64,000 nucleotides of DNA. Source: Paraphysomonas bandaiensis. Taxonomy: Eukaryota > Protista > Chrysophyceae. A program made the position numbers and the translations under genes. The stretch lies in assembly GCA_965644295.1 (NCBI GenBank), contig CBFFRP010000357.1:1-64000 (forward strand), given 5' to 3'. Each line of letters opens with the position of its first letter. The first letter of the stretch is position 1. The notes beneath the pieces were generated by a model, which was not told where the DNA came from, did no database searches, and saw only the letters and a list, made by a program, of their open reading frames with translations. Shown piece by piece: positions 25,096 through 38,200 of this stretch.

Positions 25096-25442
25096 ACTGT
25101 TGGAAGCATTGACTTGCACCTGTGTGTTGATGACATCACAGGAGTGCACAGCGTTGAGTAGCATCAACACATACAGCACCATATCCAGATATAGATATCA
25201 GGATATCCATACATACATACATCATTACATTGAGTGGAGTGGAGTGTCTGTGTGCATAGCTATTTGTATGCTGTACTGGTATACCGGTAGTAGAGTACAG
25301 TGTAGCAGTGGAGTACACACAGTATACTCAGAGGTGTATAAGTACAATACGTAGTATGGCATGGTATGGTATGGTATACATAGAGGTGGTGTACAGCATA
25401 ACCTGGAGATGGACACACACCATACATCTAGTATGGATGATA

Positions 25443-25574
25443 TGCATCTTATTTTTTCGGAAAGCAATTGAAGCAAAAACCTTCTATACTACTAACATAC
25501 AACTACGGCTGGAATACAGATAATTGTTGTCTCAATATATATGCATCTTTGAACAAAAATATACAAAGGATGCC
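25443..25574 (+). repeat. ~130-bp dispersed repeat; inverted partner at 19851-19982
   Basis: See partner copy. Confidence 0.85.
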
Positions 25575-25715
25575 AATACGATGTACTGGACTGCAGTCTC
25601 CATATCTATCTACTGGCTGTATAGGAGTACACGCCTGCTGCCTCTACATATACATACATACATCAACAGCCGGCGTTAACACACCTCCACAAAGCCCCCC
25701 CCCCCCTCCCATACA

Positions 25716-26414
25716 ATGATATCCCAGTTCTTTGAGAGTAAACGCATGGCATGCATGGGCACTGTGGTGTTCTTGACCGGCCTGTCAATGGTGTTTTATA
25801 TAGTGGGGCTGTCCGCCTGGTCAAACAACAGCGACACGGTATTAAACACACACTGGGCGTACTCTCTATCAGGAAGAGACAATGATCACATAACTGTCAT
25901 TGGATTACGTTCAGTGTTTTCATTTGATCTGGATAATGATGACTATCAGCGGACTGATCTGTCAGACTGTGACAGTGATGATGACTCATGTAAGAACTGT
26001 ATGAATGCCGGTGAAACTGCTCTTGGAATGTGTATTCTGGCCTTCTTTTGCTGTATGTTGGCAGCTGTATTCAGCATTGTTCGTTTATTTAAATTTATCG
26101 ACTCTGCCCTGTGGAGAAAGGTGTCCATTTCCGTTTTCTCACTCACTCTATTTTGGACAATCATTGCAGTCAGTGTCTTCACTAATCAGTGTGTAAATAA
26201 CCTTGGTGTTATTGTTGGGTATACTATCACGCGTTATGGACCGGGATATAACTGCGTGACTTTCAATATCTGCTGGCTTTTGATTGGTTTAGTGGTGCAT
26301 ATATTAACTCCTGCCGGAGGGCCCAAGGAGAAGGACGACACGCTAAATGACCCCCTTCACGTACCAGCGGAGGAGGAGAGAGGCTCCGAAAAAGACTCGT
26401 CTAACCAGGTGTAG
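25716..26414 (+). CDS. Claudin/amastin-like four-TM membrane protein (232 aa)
   Basis: Four hydrophobic helices; first loop has W...GLR..C...C..C; acidic C-terminal tail. Confidence 0.8.
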   Translation: MISQFFESKRMACMGTVVFLTGLSMVFYIVGLSAWSNNSDTVLNTHWAYSLSGRDNDHITVIGLRSVFSFDLDNDDYQRTDLSDCDSDDDSCKNCMNAGETALGMCILAFFCCMLAAVFSIVRLFKFIDSALWRKVSISVFSLTLFWTIIAVSVFTNQCVNNLGVIVGYTITRYGPGYNCVTFNICWLLIGLVVHILTPAGGPKEKDDTLNDPLHVPAEEERGSEKDSSNQV

Positions 26415-27188
26415 GTTGTTTTCGCTAACTATCTCTAATTGGAATTGTTTCCTGTGTTGTCATTCTTGTAATCGAGTATCTTCGGTAATGTTTGGTAGTC
26501 ATTACATGTAACATCACTTTAAAATTAAGTAATCAACTGAGTTTATGGTTTAAATTAATGTTTACACTCACGAATTAAGATTTTACTTGATTATTCAATT
26601 TTAGTAGTATGTGTATTTTATATTGCAATGTACAATATACAATATATTGTTTCAAATCAATGGATACAAATTTAGATCACTTGCACTGCTAACGTCATTA
26701 CGAAGGTTGGAATATACGGTTATCTTATCATTGTGGATTACCTATAACTGTGTAATATATCGTTAACTCACTTTTAAATGGATGCAATATCATTACTAAG
26801 ATAGAAGACAGTATATGTTTTTACCTAATAATGAAGTTAAATGTCTAAATTCTCTCCTGGTGCCTGGTGCTAATATGAGCACTGTTTTGTTTAATGGATA
26901 CCTCACCATTATTGTTCGAAACTTTTTCAGGTGCTTACAAAACAGAACATATAAATTCGTGAGGTATTATATTTAAAAGATCGATAGCTACATAACCATA
27001 TATAGAAAATATAATGTTAGAGAAAATTCGACGGGTGGAAGGAGTAAACAATAATCTATTATGTTACTATTCGTACACGAGGAAGGTAGCATGACAAGTA
27101 ACAGTAGTACAGAACCAACTATACTTGTGGTATCTAGCTCTAACAATCTAGTTCAGCGGATGACTAGAAGAATGTGAGAATAGATTAG

Positions 27189-30100
27189 CTAACTACCTTT
27201 GCTCTTCTTTCCTGAACTAGCTTTAGTCGTCACTACATCACCTCTTCCCCTGGATTTACCCCGACGCATAGGCTCTTCCCCGACGCTCTGTTCCAGCTCA
27301 GCAAGCTGCACAATAACCGGCAAGACATCCTCATATCGCCGCTGACTGATGCTGAAGGCAATGCGTTTTATCTCTTTATCGGACAGCGGCTCGCGGCTGA
27401 TTGGCTGAGCAGAACCTGAGAACGCATTCATGTTACCATCAAATAATGAATTAACGTATAATAAGAAATATTATAGGACACTAGTCGTAGACTACGTTCG
27501 CACGCCTTACCTGTGACCTCTACACATGGTGGTGTGGAATTATCTTCGCTTTCGTCTGTATGGGTCACAAGGTCACCATCCATATTTACCAATCCCATAG
27601 ACCACATTTCCACAGCCTGCTTTTTCCAGTACACACTAGTGCGACTATTCAAGCAACATGTTAGCAAACAGAATATTACATGAAAACATAGATGGTACTA
27701 CGTCATATCACTAAAAATAGCAACACAATAAACCTTGACGCTACACACACCTGTAGAACTCTCGCAGACTTTCTACACCCTCCGCAGGAGTGGCGGCCAT
27801 TGCAGCATTTTTACCAACACATAATGGAATTTGTTGTTCATCTTCCCCACCCATCGGCAGGCGACTACGTAACTCTGCCATCTCCGCTCGAATTCCCATT
27901 CCACTACCACCACCGGCAGCGCGATCATGTTTCGATTTGCCTCCCTTGGAAGACTTCTTTTTCTCCTTTCGCGATTGCTCCTCTTCCTCATCAGAGTCGC
28001 CATCAGAACAACTATCTTCCTCACTATCGCTACCTTCCCCTGTCATTTCACTCTGGTCATCATCCTCCCCTTTCCAGACTAACTCACTCATACTTCCCTC
28101 TAAGACGCGTCGCCAACAGTCCCGTTTGTTGAGATCTAAGCTCCAGCAGTCGTCCAAAGTTACCTCCACATCACCAATCTCCGTCACGCCACCATATACG
28201 TGCAGAGTGCACCCTTTCATGACCAAGCATGGATTGATGCGCCCTACTGGTGCCAGAGAATGCTCCGCAAAATATCTCTGTAAGGGGTTCGAATATTCCT
28301 GTACTTCATCGATGGGGTCTTCTTTGGAATGTATCAAAACCACATCAGACAGGTCAGCTTGACCGACAGTATCATCTGGGTCACGTGATGTCTCAGGGGC
28401 ATGAACTAATACCGTAGAGCTATCCATTGCACATGGTGCAGACAAAGATAAATGCTCGAGGTTGCGTGCTATCTCGGAGGAGTCAGAGGGGGTACCTACA
28501 GCACATCACACCGTTACAGTCCTTGCCACTTCACATTCGCAAGGCTTAATTAAACTGAAGCACGTACTCTACTAAATTCATAAAAAGAAGTCCATACCAT
28601 GATTAGGAGAGCGTAATTGCGCTTTCTCATCCACTTTCACCCAATCGTCGTCTGCACTACTCTCCGTACGCACCCTTTCCGGCGCCTGAGACATATCTTC
28701 CTCCTTTTCATTCCGTACTTCCATATCTTTATGCTCAACTCCATCCATCCCATCGTCCTCTCCAAAGTCTTCGTCGATATTGACATACACGACATTGCCA
28801 CTGTCGTCAATATACCCAAAAAAATTTCCTGTGTTGGCGAGATCGTTTTCATCCTGATCTACCTCATCCTCATCATCACTACTCCCACTGTCATCTTCCT
28901 CTTCGCTGATCTCACCCTCCTCTCTTTCCTCTACCATGCCTTTCTTCTTATCTCTACGTTTCTTTTTCCCTCCATCCACACGGGGTTTCTTTAATCCTAG
29001 CTCATACCAACGCTTTCTTTCGAAGTCGAATGCATAGAGGTCGTTGTAAAACATGCTCTCTATAGTATGCCTCGGACCCTCTCGGTCATACACACCACCG
29101 AAGTATATGCCTTTGTTCTTGTACGTTATCATACTAGCCCCGCAGCGGGGAGTAGGGGCATTTCCTTTATTAGATATCTACAGAAAATCACCAATCATAT
29201 GACAAATACTACATGGAATATGGTAAAATGTTTATATATTACATACAGGTATCAACCAAAATCGGGTAAACATTTACCTTTTGCCACGTCGCTTTACTTG
29301 TGTCGAGTCTCTGCACACCACCTCCAGACGCAACGACTCCTCTCAGACTGAGCATCCACATATCATTATGAATTTTTCCCTCGCTTTTGCGAGAGGCGTT
29401 CTTCTCTTTCGAGTAACCACCGTACACAAATATGGCATCCTCTGCATAGGACGTAAATTACAAACAAGAACGCAACTTTTATGGTATCTCTGATGAAAGG
29501 ATACCGACAACATTAAAGAGCTGTGCTATCAGGACCAAACATATATATACATATATATGACATCACTCCACTACAGCAGTACCTGCAGGGTGGATAGTCA
29601 TAAGGAAGCCACTGCGGGGTTTGGGTGCTGGGGCGTACATCCGCTCTGCGTATCATCGTGAGAGTGTAAAGTGTGCACATGCAACAAGACAGACTGTGCA
29701 TTAGAATGTGGAAGTTTCGATACACTGGGCACATTACCTGGCACTTGAATCCATCGCTCGTCCTGCAATGAAAATATGTACAGATCCCCGAACCACCTCA
29801 CCTGATGACCCAGAAACGAATTACAGCCAGTCGTCACGACTCAAATATCAAAATAATAGTAGCAGCAGAGAAGCAAACATGAACACTCATATTAATAGAA
29901 ACTTCACACATATTAGTTGTATTTGATTCAATTATATACACTCGGTAAACAGACCGACCTCTTTTAGAGCTTCATAAAATCCTCCAAATAAAACGATGAA
30001 ATTTCTCCACACTACCATACGGTGCCCCGATCTAAAGTAGAGTGAAAAAAGAACAACAAGATAACGCACAAATTCATCACAGGAATGGCTCATCACAAAT

Positions 30101-30734
30101 AAATAGTGATAAACTCACCTGGCACTAGGAGCCTCTCCCTTGCATGGCACTTCCCTCCAAACATTGGTCTTTAGGTTTAACGCCCACATGTCTCTGTAGT
30201 GATGGAACTGATCCAGGGTAGCATACTCGCCTCCGAATATGTATAAGTGATCCTAGAATATACAAGTCACATTAACTCGACTCACAGTACATAGAGGTTC
30301 TTATGTTCATTGGAATACGCATTTCGTACCTTGAAAAAGACAGCCTGGTGGGAGCACCTCGGCGACGGAGTATTTAGGGACTCAATCTGCTTCCATTCAC
30401 CTTTCTCAATATTCCATCGATACAATTCATTGTAGACTACTGTACTCTCACCATCACAGAACTCACCCCCAAACATCAGCATCTCATTATTCGGTAATGC
30501 AGTTAATGAGAAATTACTACGAGGTGATGGCTGTGAACATGGTGTGATAGTAACAGCTGTACGTGCTTTATCTTTCTGTTGATATTCCGCTAGAATGGAT
30601 TCGATGTCATCCTCTCCCTGGTCTTTAATCTCTTTCTTAGCACGCTTTAATGTGGCTTTCTGTTGTTTGGCTGCTATACGTGCTTTCTTAGCTGCAATCT
30701 TTGCTTGATCGTTACTCTTATCTTTCTTTCCCAT
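27189..30734 (-). CDS. KLHDC4: Kelch domain-containing protein 4 homolog with DUF4110-like C-terminus, multi-exon
   Basis: MGKKDK...EDDIESILAEY...PSPRSNFSL...LMFGGEF.DG...PSPRCSHQAV; later kelch repeats; TPAEGVESLREFY and KEIKRIAFSISQRRY. Confidence 0.93.
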
Positions 30735-31281
30735 ATCTGTGTGATGATAGAGAGAGATGTGGTTAGTGTGGTGTGTTAAGGCTTCTCTATCACTGTGTCT
30801 GTGTGTATATGTATGTGTATGTACATATATGTATGTGTGTGTGTGTATGGTATGAAGGAATAGAGAGGGGTGTGTACTGACCACTCTATACATACATACA
30901 TATAGTACATGTACTTCGTACTGCTGCGGTGTTCTGTCCATGTGTAGATGTACAGCGCGGTACAGTAGTACGGCAGCATGTATACCTATATCTACACATG
31001 GACACCCACCTCTACAACAGTGTACGGTATACCGGTATACAGCGTCATTCACGTACTGCTGCATGGTACTGCACTATATACTATATACCAGTATACCAGT
31101 ACACTATACACTGAAGTGAACCATATATATGTATGCATCAACCAGTACATATAGTGGAGTGAGTACAGAACTGCACTGTGCGTATATATGGATCCACATG
31201 CATACATATATATCTAGTATATCACCCATATCTAGACTCTTCAAACCAGGCTAAGGGAGAATTCTATTAATCATTGATAGC

Positions 31282-32408
31282 ATGAGCCATTTCAAAGCAC
31301 TGGGATTCGCTATAGCTCTATTGGTTGGGTGTCTTGAGGTGCGCAACATGTGGTTCATGTCCAAACAGGTTCACTCGCACAGCATAACCACAAAAACAAG
31401 TGAAATACAGATACCTATTCTATACAGCAACAGTAGCTTTGCTGCTGCTTATTATTTGGTAGATTCGAATGTGGCTCAACAGTTTTTACCTGAGAAGCTT
31501 GAGATAAACTCGTTGCCATTCACTAGCAGTGTATTTGTTGGTTTGTATGTGTTTGACTATCGTAATAGTTCGATTGGATCATATAAAGAGATATCACTGG
31601 TTGTCCCAACAAAGAAGAAAGGTGTACATGTGTCAGTAAATATTGCCTGGTATGACTTCTTGGCTAGGATGTACCATGCATCATGGGTGCTACCATCCAT
31701 TGAATCGAAACACACAGGTATACTCCACATATTTTGACTTTAAAACATAAGATCTTGATTTCCTGTGTGAAGCACACTGTCTTTATCCATGTGTTCTGTA
31801 AATGCAAGTACCCCACTGTAAACTATAGAGATATATTGACACATGTAACTGGATGCTATCAGGGGTCTATTATATTTCATCGGCTGTTACTGCCCCCCAT
31901 GTTGCATCTCTTAGTTCAGAACTATGGGGTATCCATCGTTACGTGGCAGATATTTCTACTGATTTCTCTAGCATAAGTAGATTTGAGGCGGATATAGCAG
32001 GTGAACTGAAGACATCTGGCAATACTGGATTTTTTTCCTTCAGTGGATTTCCGTTTTCTATCCTGTCACTCCACACTGCTGATGACATGCAAGGTAAACA
32101 AAGTATTTTGCGGACATCAATGGAGGTTGGACATAAATTGATATGGGGGGGACATGTAAGTGATATCTTATATCTGCTATATCTATACATGCGTGATTCG
32201 ATTGTGGTCGTGGATGCCATTTCTAATGTTGTTTGTTGTGGTTATATATTTCCCGTAGAGATCATGTAAAACATCAGTCACTGGCAGTGGGCCACTATCT
32301 GATACATTGAGTGCACTCGGGTTGCACGATATTGCTCCTGTATTCACCGCTCGGTCCGATGAGTTTAGTGGAGTTTTACCGCTAGGAAAGTTTGTCGATA
32401 AAACGTAG
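31282..32408 (+). CDS. Acetoacetate decarboxylase-like superfamily protein with N-terminal hydrophobic anchor, 3 exons
   Basis: AYYLVDSNVAQQFLP, FDYRNSSIGSYKEISLVVP, ELWG; last exon ends FSGVLPLGKFVDKT*. Confidence 0.72.
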
Positions 32409-32900
32409 AGTTCAAGATACTGAACTTGAAAAGTACTATCGCGCTTTCCAGTTTACGATGAAATATATGGCTTTGCTGTGATGGTGTCTGTTGTACATTT
32501 TTTGAGGACGTGTTGTGGAGAGAGATATCTGTCATCCAGCGCAAGTTATTAAGTTATAGGAACATTGTATAGAAGTGTATTTATACATTTATACTTTGCA
32601 GTATAATGGTTAAATCAGTTAAGTATTAGGGCACTTGCATTAAAGAATACGAATCTGTATTCGATTAGGGTTACTTTACTACACAGCAAAGGTGCAATCT
32701 GTACGGTTTTCAAGATTTGCAGCCGCATGTGGCATGCGCCACTAGCTGCAGCAATTTTACTTTTATCAATAACACTCCATTGATACACATATAAAACTGC
32801 ATTAAAGAATGAAAAATGTTTTACTGTAGGCCAATTCAATACTCTAAAGACTCACAATATAAAATATAATATATATAAATTAGAAATTAGTATCTGCGCG

Positions 32901-33629
32901 CTATAATTTAATATGGTAATGATACATTAACTGATCGTCGTCGTATGCGTGTTCTTGTCCAACAGAAATACATTTACGGGCTTTTATATGCAATTCAGGC
33001 GAGTACGGCTTGCCTACTAATAAACTGCGGCAGCACTCAATATCAGCGACAGGCACTGTTAAGTTGCACAGAGGTCGCAGAGAATGTAGCTCTGATGCAG
33101 ACTTCCAACTAGAGTGAAGAACAATTGCAAACCTCAATCCAAACCAAGGGCCATAAACAGGATGAAGTACAAGCTGCAATTCATCCATAAATACACCAAT
33201 ACCGGTTTCCAGGGCCAAGTGCTGAAACGCTACTAGAAATGGGTCTGCAGTGTGAGAATAGTGCACATTGCAGTTAATGTTATTTCGTAAAGCAATGTCA
33301 GCACACCCATTTGCAATAGTTGGGGTTAGAATAGAATCAAAAGGATTTTTGTGGCCTTTCTCCAAGAGGTTTTTAGCTGCGGGCCACAACTTACGGGAGT
33401 TCCCAACACATAATACAATGCAATCGGCTGGTAAACATTGCATTGGCTGACTAAAACCTTTGATCCTTGAATTGTATGCATCTGTAGAATTAAAACCAAA
33501 TACATCAAAGTTATTGGTCGAAAGATATTCGCACATTTCGTTTACTGCACTGCCAATGCTATATTCTCGCTTCGTCATTGTGATTCCAATACTATTACGA
33601 TATTTCGGCAAGTTTGTTAAACGTAGCAT
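32901..33629 (-). CDS. MMACHC: CblC/MMACHC-like cobalamin-processing protein
   Basis: LCVGNSRKLW, NPFD, VAFQHLA..TG, LHPVYGPWFGLRFAIV. Confidence 0.85.
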   Translation of the reverse strand: MLRLTNLPKYRNSIGITMTKREYSIGSAVNEMCEYLSTNNFDVFGFNSTDAYNSRIKGFSQPMQCLPADCIVLCVGNSRKLWPAAKNLLEKGHKNPFDSILTPTIANGCADIALRNNINCNVHYSHTADPFLVAFQHLALETGIGVFMDELQLVLHPVYGPWFGLRFAIVLHSSWKSASELHSLRPLCNLTVPVADIECCRSLLVGKPYSPELHIKARKCISVGQEHAYDDDQLMYHYHIKL

Positions 33630-33994
33630 AGGGTACAGGTATGACCAGTGCTCCGTTGATTACAGTAAGCACAGCATTCAGCTTTTGCAAGCTTATAATC
33701 CGTGCATTGTTCTTGTCATGGCATGCACACCTATGCATCGCTTGCAAGCCCTGCCTATATTTGTCCACCATACTAAAACTGAAACTTGTGTCTGTTTAAG
33801 ATATCGTTCAGTGTTATATGGAACAAATAGGAAGAAAGAATTATTATAACGAACGCACTACTACGTAATTATACCGTACATCTACTGAATAAACACGAAG
33901 AAGTTGACTCTCTCCAGCTACATGCGTATCAGTTAAGTGACCATATCATCTACACACATACATATACATACATACATAGAGGGAGATACTTCAT

Positions 33995-35786
33995 ATGAAT
34001 TCGAATGATATAATCAACACTAATCCATACGATATGTCTGATAATGATACAACTGATCGATCTCCACGTAAAAGACGGAGAACGAACTACTCGCTATCGG
34101 ATAATAAGACCAAGATAGAACACGCTGTAAAGTACCTCTTAGAGTGTAATCTACAGAAGCCGAATGTCAGAGCAGTAGCTGAACGAAGAGGGATTCCATA
34201 CAATACACTGGTGAGGGGTTACATGTGTGTAGATATGTGTGTGTGTGTGTAGATGTGTGTGTGTGTATAGTCACTGATGTTGCTGTGTGTTATCAGAGAG
34301 ATCACTACAAGAAGGCACAGGGACTTATGCCACCCCCTAGAAGGACACAATTCGAATACCCGATTCTATCAGAGTATACGGGTCCACCATTGTCTTGTGA
34401 GCGGAAGTCTCGATTGCCTTCTAGGTCATGCACGTCGTATGCTCCTTTCGATTCAAGGAGAAGAGGCCGTAAGCCTGTGTTGCCTCGTCTGGTGGAGTTT
34501 ATGCTAAAAGTATTTACCACTGAGATGGGGAAAATTGATCTTCCAGTTGATCGAACCCAGCTGAAACAAGTACGTATATCCCTTTCTCGTGTTGTGTTTG
34601 TTGATATGGTGCCCACTCTCCATCCGTCACGTAGCATAGTTTGTCATATGCTATACTTGTAGGTTGCTTTTAAACTGGCTTCGGACCTTGAATATCATGA
34701 CTTTAAGGCGACAGATATGTGGCTACAAGCGTTCCAGGTAGGATTAAATTATCCTTACATGTGATCCGCTGAACACATCTATATATAGGCGAGACATGAC
34801 ATCACTGTGGCCAATGGCAATTCTGTCAAGCGAAAGGTGAGTTAAACCGTTATGAGTGGTATGTTGACAATCGTTTATAGCTAAGTGTACTATGAATAAT
34901 TGAGTGCTTGCTTTGTAATGTAATTTGAATGGCACAGGGTTGGCGTCTTCATGATATTCCTGTGTATGGGTCCAGTAACTATGGTCCCAACGCTACCACT
35001 AATCGTGCAGCATCTGAAAACTCGGATCCTGCTTCTACTAATGAGAATACCCAGGAACAAGTGGTTGAGTCCAGTCATAAAAAAACCGATGATAGCTCGA
35101 GGGAAGGAGGAGAACGGGGAGAGAATGGATCTCTGCAGCCAGTGATGACTGAGAATGAGCTCCGTCATCGGGCGGTGGCCAGTTTCCGCTCCATACTGTC
35201 AGCCATACAGCAGTGCTTACATCAACTTCCGGAAACCACATGCCCAACAGGCACATATAGTACGGATACTCTCCCGTCTAAGCCGTGCGAGACCATTGAT
35301 GTTATGTCGATTCTCCCTGCGATATCGGAATGTGTCTGCGTTAACACCCCTATCCAGACCCAATTCCGAGAGGATGTCGTTGCCAGTACCCCTTCGTCTA
35401 GCCACCAGGCATTGTTCTCGCATATGGGTGGGCCAGGTATGGGCTTGTGAATCACGTTCTGTATGAATCGCGTTGTAATGGTTATTATCGTGTCAGACTC
35501 TACTGCTGTGTCCTCTGCACCTCCAACGCGACCGTCCTCATCAGCGCAAGAAGGCCAGTCTAACCGCGTCCTTTCTCTCTCAATGTTTACATCTGATGTT
35601 GGCCATGGAGGTACCGGTAGTATTCTGTCGGAAAACAACTCCTCCTCAGCAGCGTCTGCGTTGGCCGCTGCACAGGCGCTGTACCAAACTCCGTCTTCAT
35701 CTGACAGCGTGAGCGACATTCTTCTTCGCACAATGGGCATTAGAACCGGGTCCAACAAGAGATATAACGATGTCGCAATAGTGTAA
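33995..35786 (+). CDS. HTH_psq + CENP-B-type HTH DNA-binding protein (pogo-derived, no DDE domain), ~6 exons
   Basis: VRAVAERRGIPYNTL|RDHY; RRGRKPVLP..VE..L; QLKQ|VAFKLA...FKATDMWLQAFQ|ARHDI; low-complexity S/A-rich C-terminus. Confidence 0.8.
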
Positions 35787-36082
35787 TGGATGAAGGATTG
35801 TCATATTAAATATATACAAGGAATTGGGGATCTCCTATAGTGTGCGATGTAGTTCCTTGATTCTGAAGCTGATGTATTATGGATTGGTGTATTTCTTTGT
35901 GAAGTATACAGTCAAACACTGGTCGAGTGTAGTTTGAATGATTGACATTTATAATGATATGCTATTGTCTATTGTAGAACTCGCATGCATGGTGATATGA
36001 ACCCACATGGTTATGCATGTGGAGTTGCTGCGAAGGATATTACACTATATTATTACTCTTTATAATGATATTAATATATATT

Positions 36083-36618
36083 TTTACCTACTAATTTAAA
36101 GTAGTTCATACCGCTCATATAATAGGTAGTGTGGTGCTCCCTTAATTACTAATATTGAGTTAAATAGCAGACTCTACAAATTTTAACTATTTCTCGCTCT
36201 CCACTAGTACATCAGGATCTTCTTGCAGGACTTCATGGAGGGTATAAGCATCCAAGCATCCCACAACATGTAATTGGCTCGTAGGAACAGCAACAATTCT
36301 AGACGATATAGATTCATGTTTCTACGCCCAGGTATCATAATCAACTTTGCACGACTAAAGAGACTCTCAACAACAACATTACATTGTGCTTGTAAAGGAG
36401 ATACTCTATAAACTATAAAGTATCTTAATAACACTCAGTTCTATATATAGCATATATCAAGTACCAGTACATACATGTCATTATTAATGGGATGCCATTA
36501 ATGATCCATTAATGGTAGTCCGGTTCTCAGCAATTATAATGGCATTAATAAATAATGTCCCGGAAAATATAATGGCATTACCATTAATGCCATTACCCTT
36601 AACGGTTATTAGGCCCTG
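36083..36618 (-). mobile_element. hAT family B deletion derivative (one TIR retained)
   Basis: Ends ggttattAGGCCCTG at 36618; NVVVESLFSRAKLIMIPGRRNMNLYRLELLLFLRANYMLWD is homologous to 18550-18700. Confidence 0.88.
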
Positions 36619-37299
36619 GTACGTCCTCTAACTCTTACACTTTGACTACAAATTCATAGCGTTGACCTTGTTTTTTTAGTAGAAACGCAGCTGTGTACTG
36701 AGGACATGATTTATTATAGTATGGTTAGAGTTCGAAAGTATTTGGTAATCGCTAATACTCAATTTCAGATCTCTAGTAATATAACTGTTAGTAATATGCA
36801 TTGTCACTGAAATACTGAATACTGTTGACACGGCGCAGAATCATAATATTATTGCAATACAATGTTCCTTATTACAAGTAAATTCAATTACGAATGTGCT
36901 TATTATTATGTGTATACTGTATACAGTATCCTCATATTCCGTGGGTGTGTCTCACTAATGTAGTGATTGCGTTAAGTAAATAAACTATATGAGATATACA
37001 TTCATACAACAACCTCAGTAGACTACCGGCGCATATTTGTGTGACGTAAAGCAGCGGCCCTAACTAGCTAGCTATAACTAGAAGTACGCAAAAATCTAAC
37101 TTACATACTCCAAGCAGCCAAAGATCTTATTTGCATAACCTATTCCTCAACGAATTCGGGCTCGCACCTTTTCGTGGTTCTGGGGGATGAGTAATGGAGT
37201 AAACTAACGTGCAAACATAGATTATCTGCTATCAGCTTTTGTGATACAAGCGACACTACTAAGTGCCATTTGTGTAGATGTCGTCTTGACAAGAGTACA

Positions 37300-37511
37300 G
37301 GAATGGGCCCACCTCAAGGGCATCCGGGACTGGGCCCACTTGAAAGGTAACTGGGGCATTCAGGTTCCAAAATCCTGAAGTCAGATATATCAACATTCTG
37401 CTTGCTTACTACGAATGCTTTGAGTGATAGAGTGAAAGTGGTTGCATGTTGGTGCATACGGTGACGCACAAGCAGATTTCGTGGCGTTAAATACCATTAG
37501 TAGTAGGATAA
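37300..37511 (-). mobile_element. Helitron-like repeat copy 3
   Basis: Reverse complement matches 17146-17270; begins aTCCTACTA on the minus strand. Confidence 0.5.
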
Positions 37512-38078
37512 TGTCAGCGTTAATTATAAAGCACTATTTAGTTAATTTATTTTTTGCAGCACTAGTAGTTCTGTCTCTCTTACACTATATTGCTAATAAT
37601 CAGGCATTCACTACTACCAAAACACTGCACAGATATATAACCCTGAAACAGATAGAAAATATACGGAAGTCTATATCCGTGGTTGCTACTATCAAAATGA
37701 GATGAGCTTTAAGTAAAATTACAACATAGTTGTGTATGCAATAATAATCTATCTATAGTCTGACGACGTTTGTTCAGCGGCCAAAATAAGATGACATATA
37801 TGTCATAACAAATAAATGGAGTCTTAGCCTCTTTTCAAAATAATAAAAAATTATTATTTTAGACTGGGCAACTTTAGAGTTTTAGACACCCATAGTTGCT
37901 TCACTACTAGTCTATATCAGTAATTGCCAAGTGTTTCCTGAAGTATACGGTGCCGGTTCATGAATATAACTGTAAAGAAAGCTGTAAAATTTCGCTGGGC
38001 TTAGGTGCAAAATCATGCATATCTTCATGTATGTAAGGGATATATGTAGTTTGAGAGTCAGAACTACTTAACTTACTA

Positions 38079-38200
38079 GTGCTTAACTCTGATATTCTAC
38101 TATTTAATGCTACGAAAGCTCTTGTTCGCCACCGCAAGCACCAAGGTGCAACCATTTCTGCTCTCTGTCCTTAAGGTGAACTAGCCCGGATGCTTGACTC
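38079..38200 (+). mobile_element. Helitron-like repeat copy 4
   Basis: gtgcttaactctgatattCTACTATTTAATGCTACGAAAGC...GCAAGCACCAAGGTGCAACCA. Confidence 0.5.

Noticed and set aside
37438-38155. MITE defined by inverted copies of the 60-bp repeat
   Set aside because: Similarity to other copies extends outward beyond the supposed TIRs and there is no TSD; two back-to-back element ends fit better.
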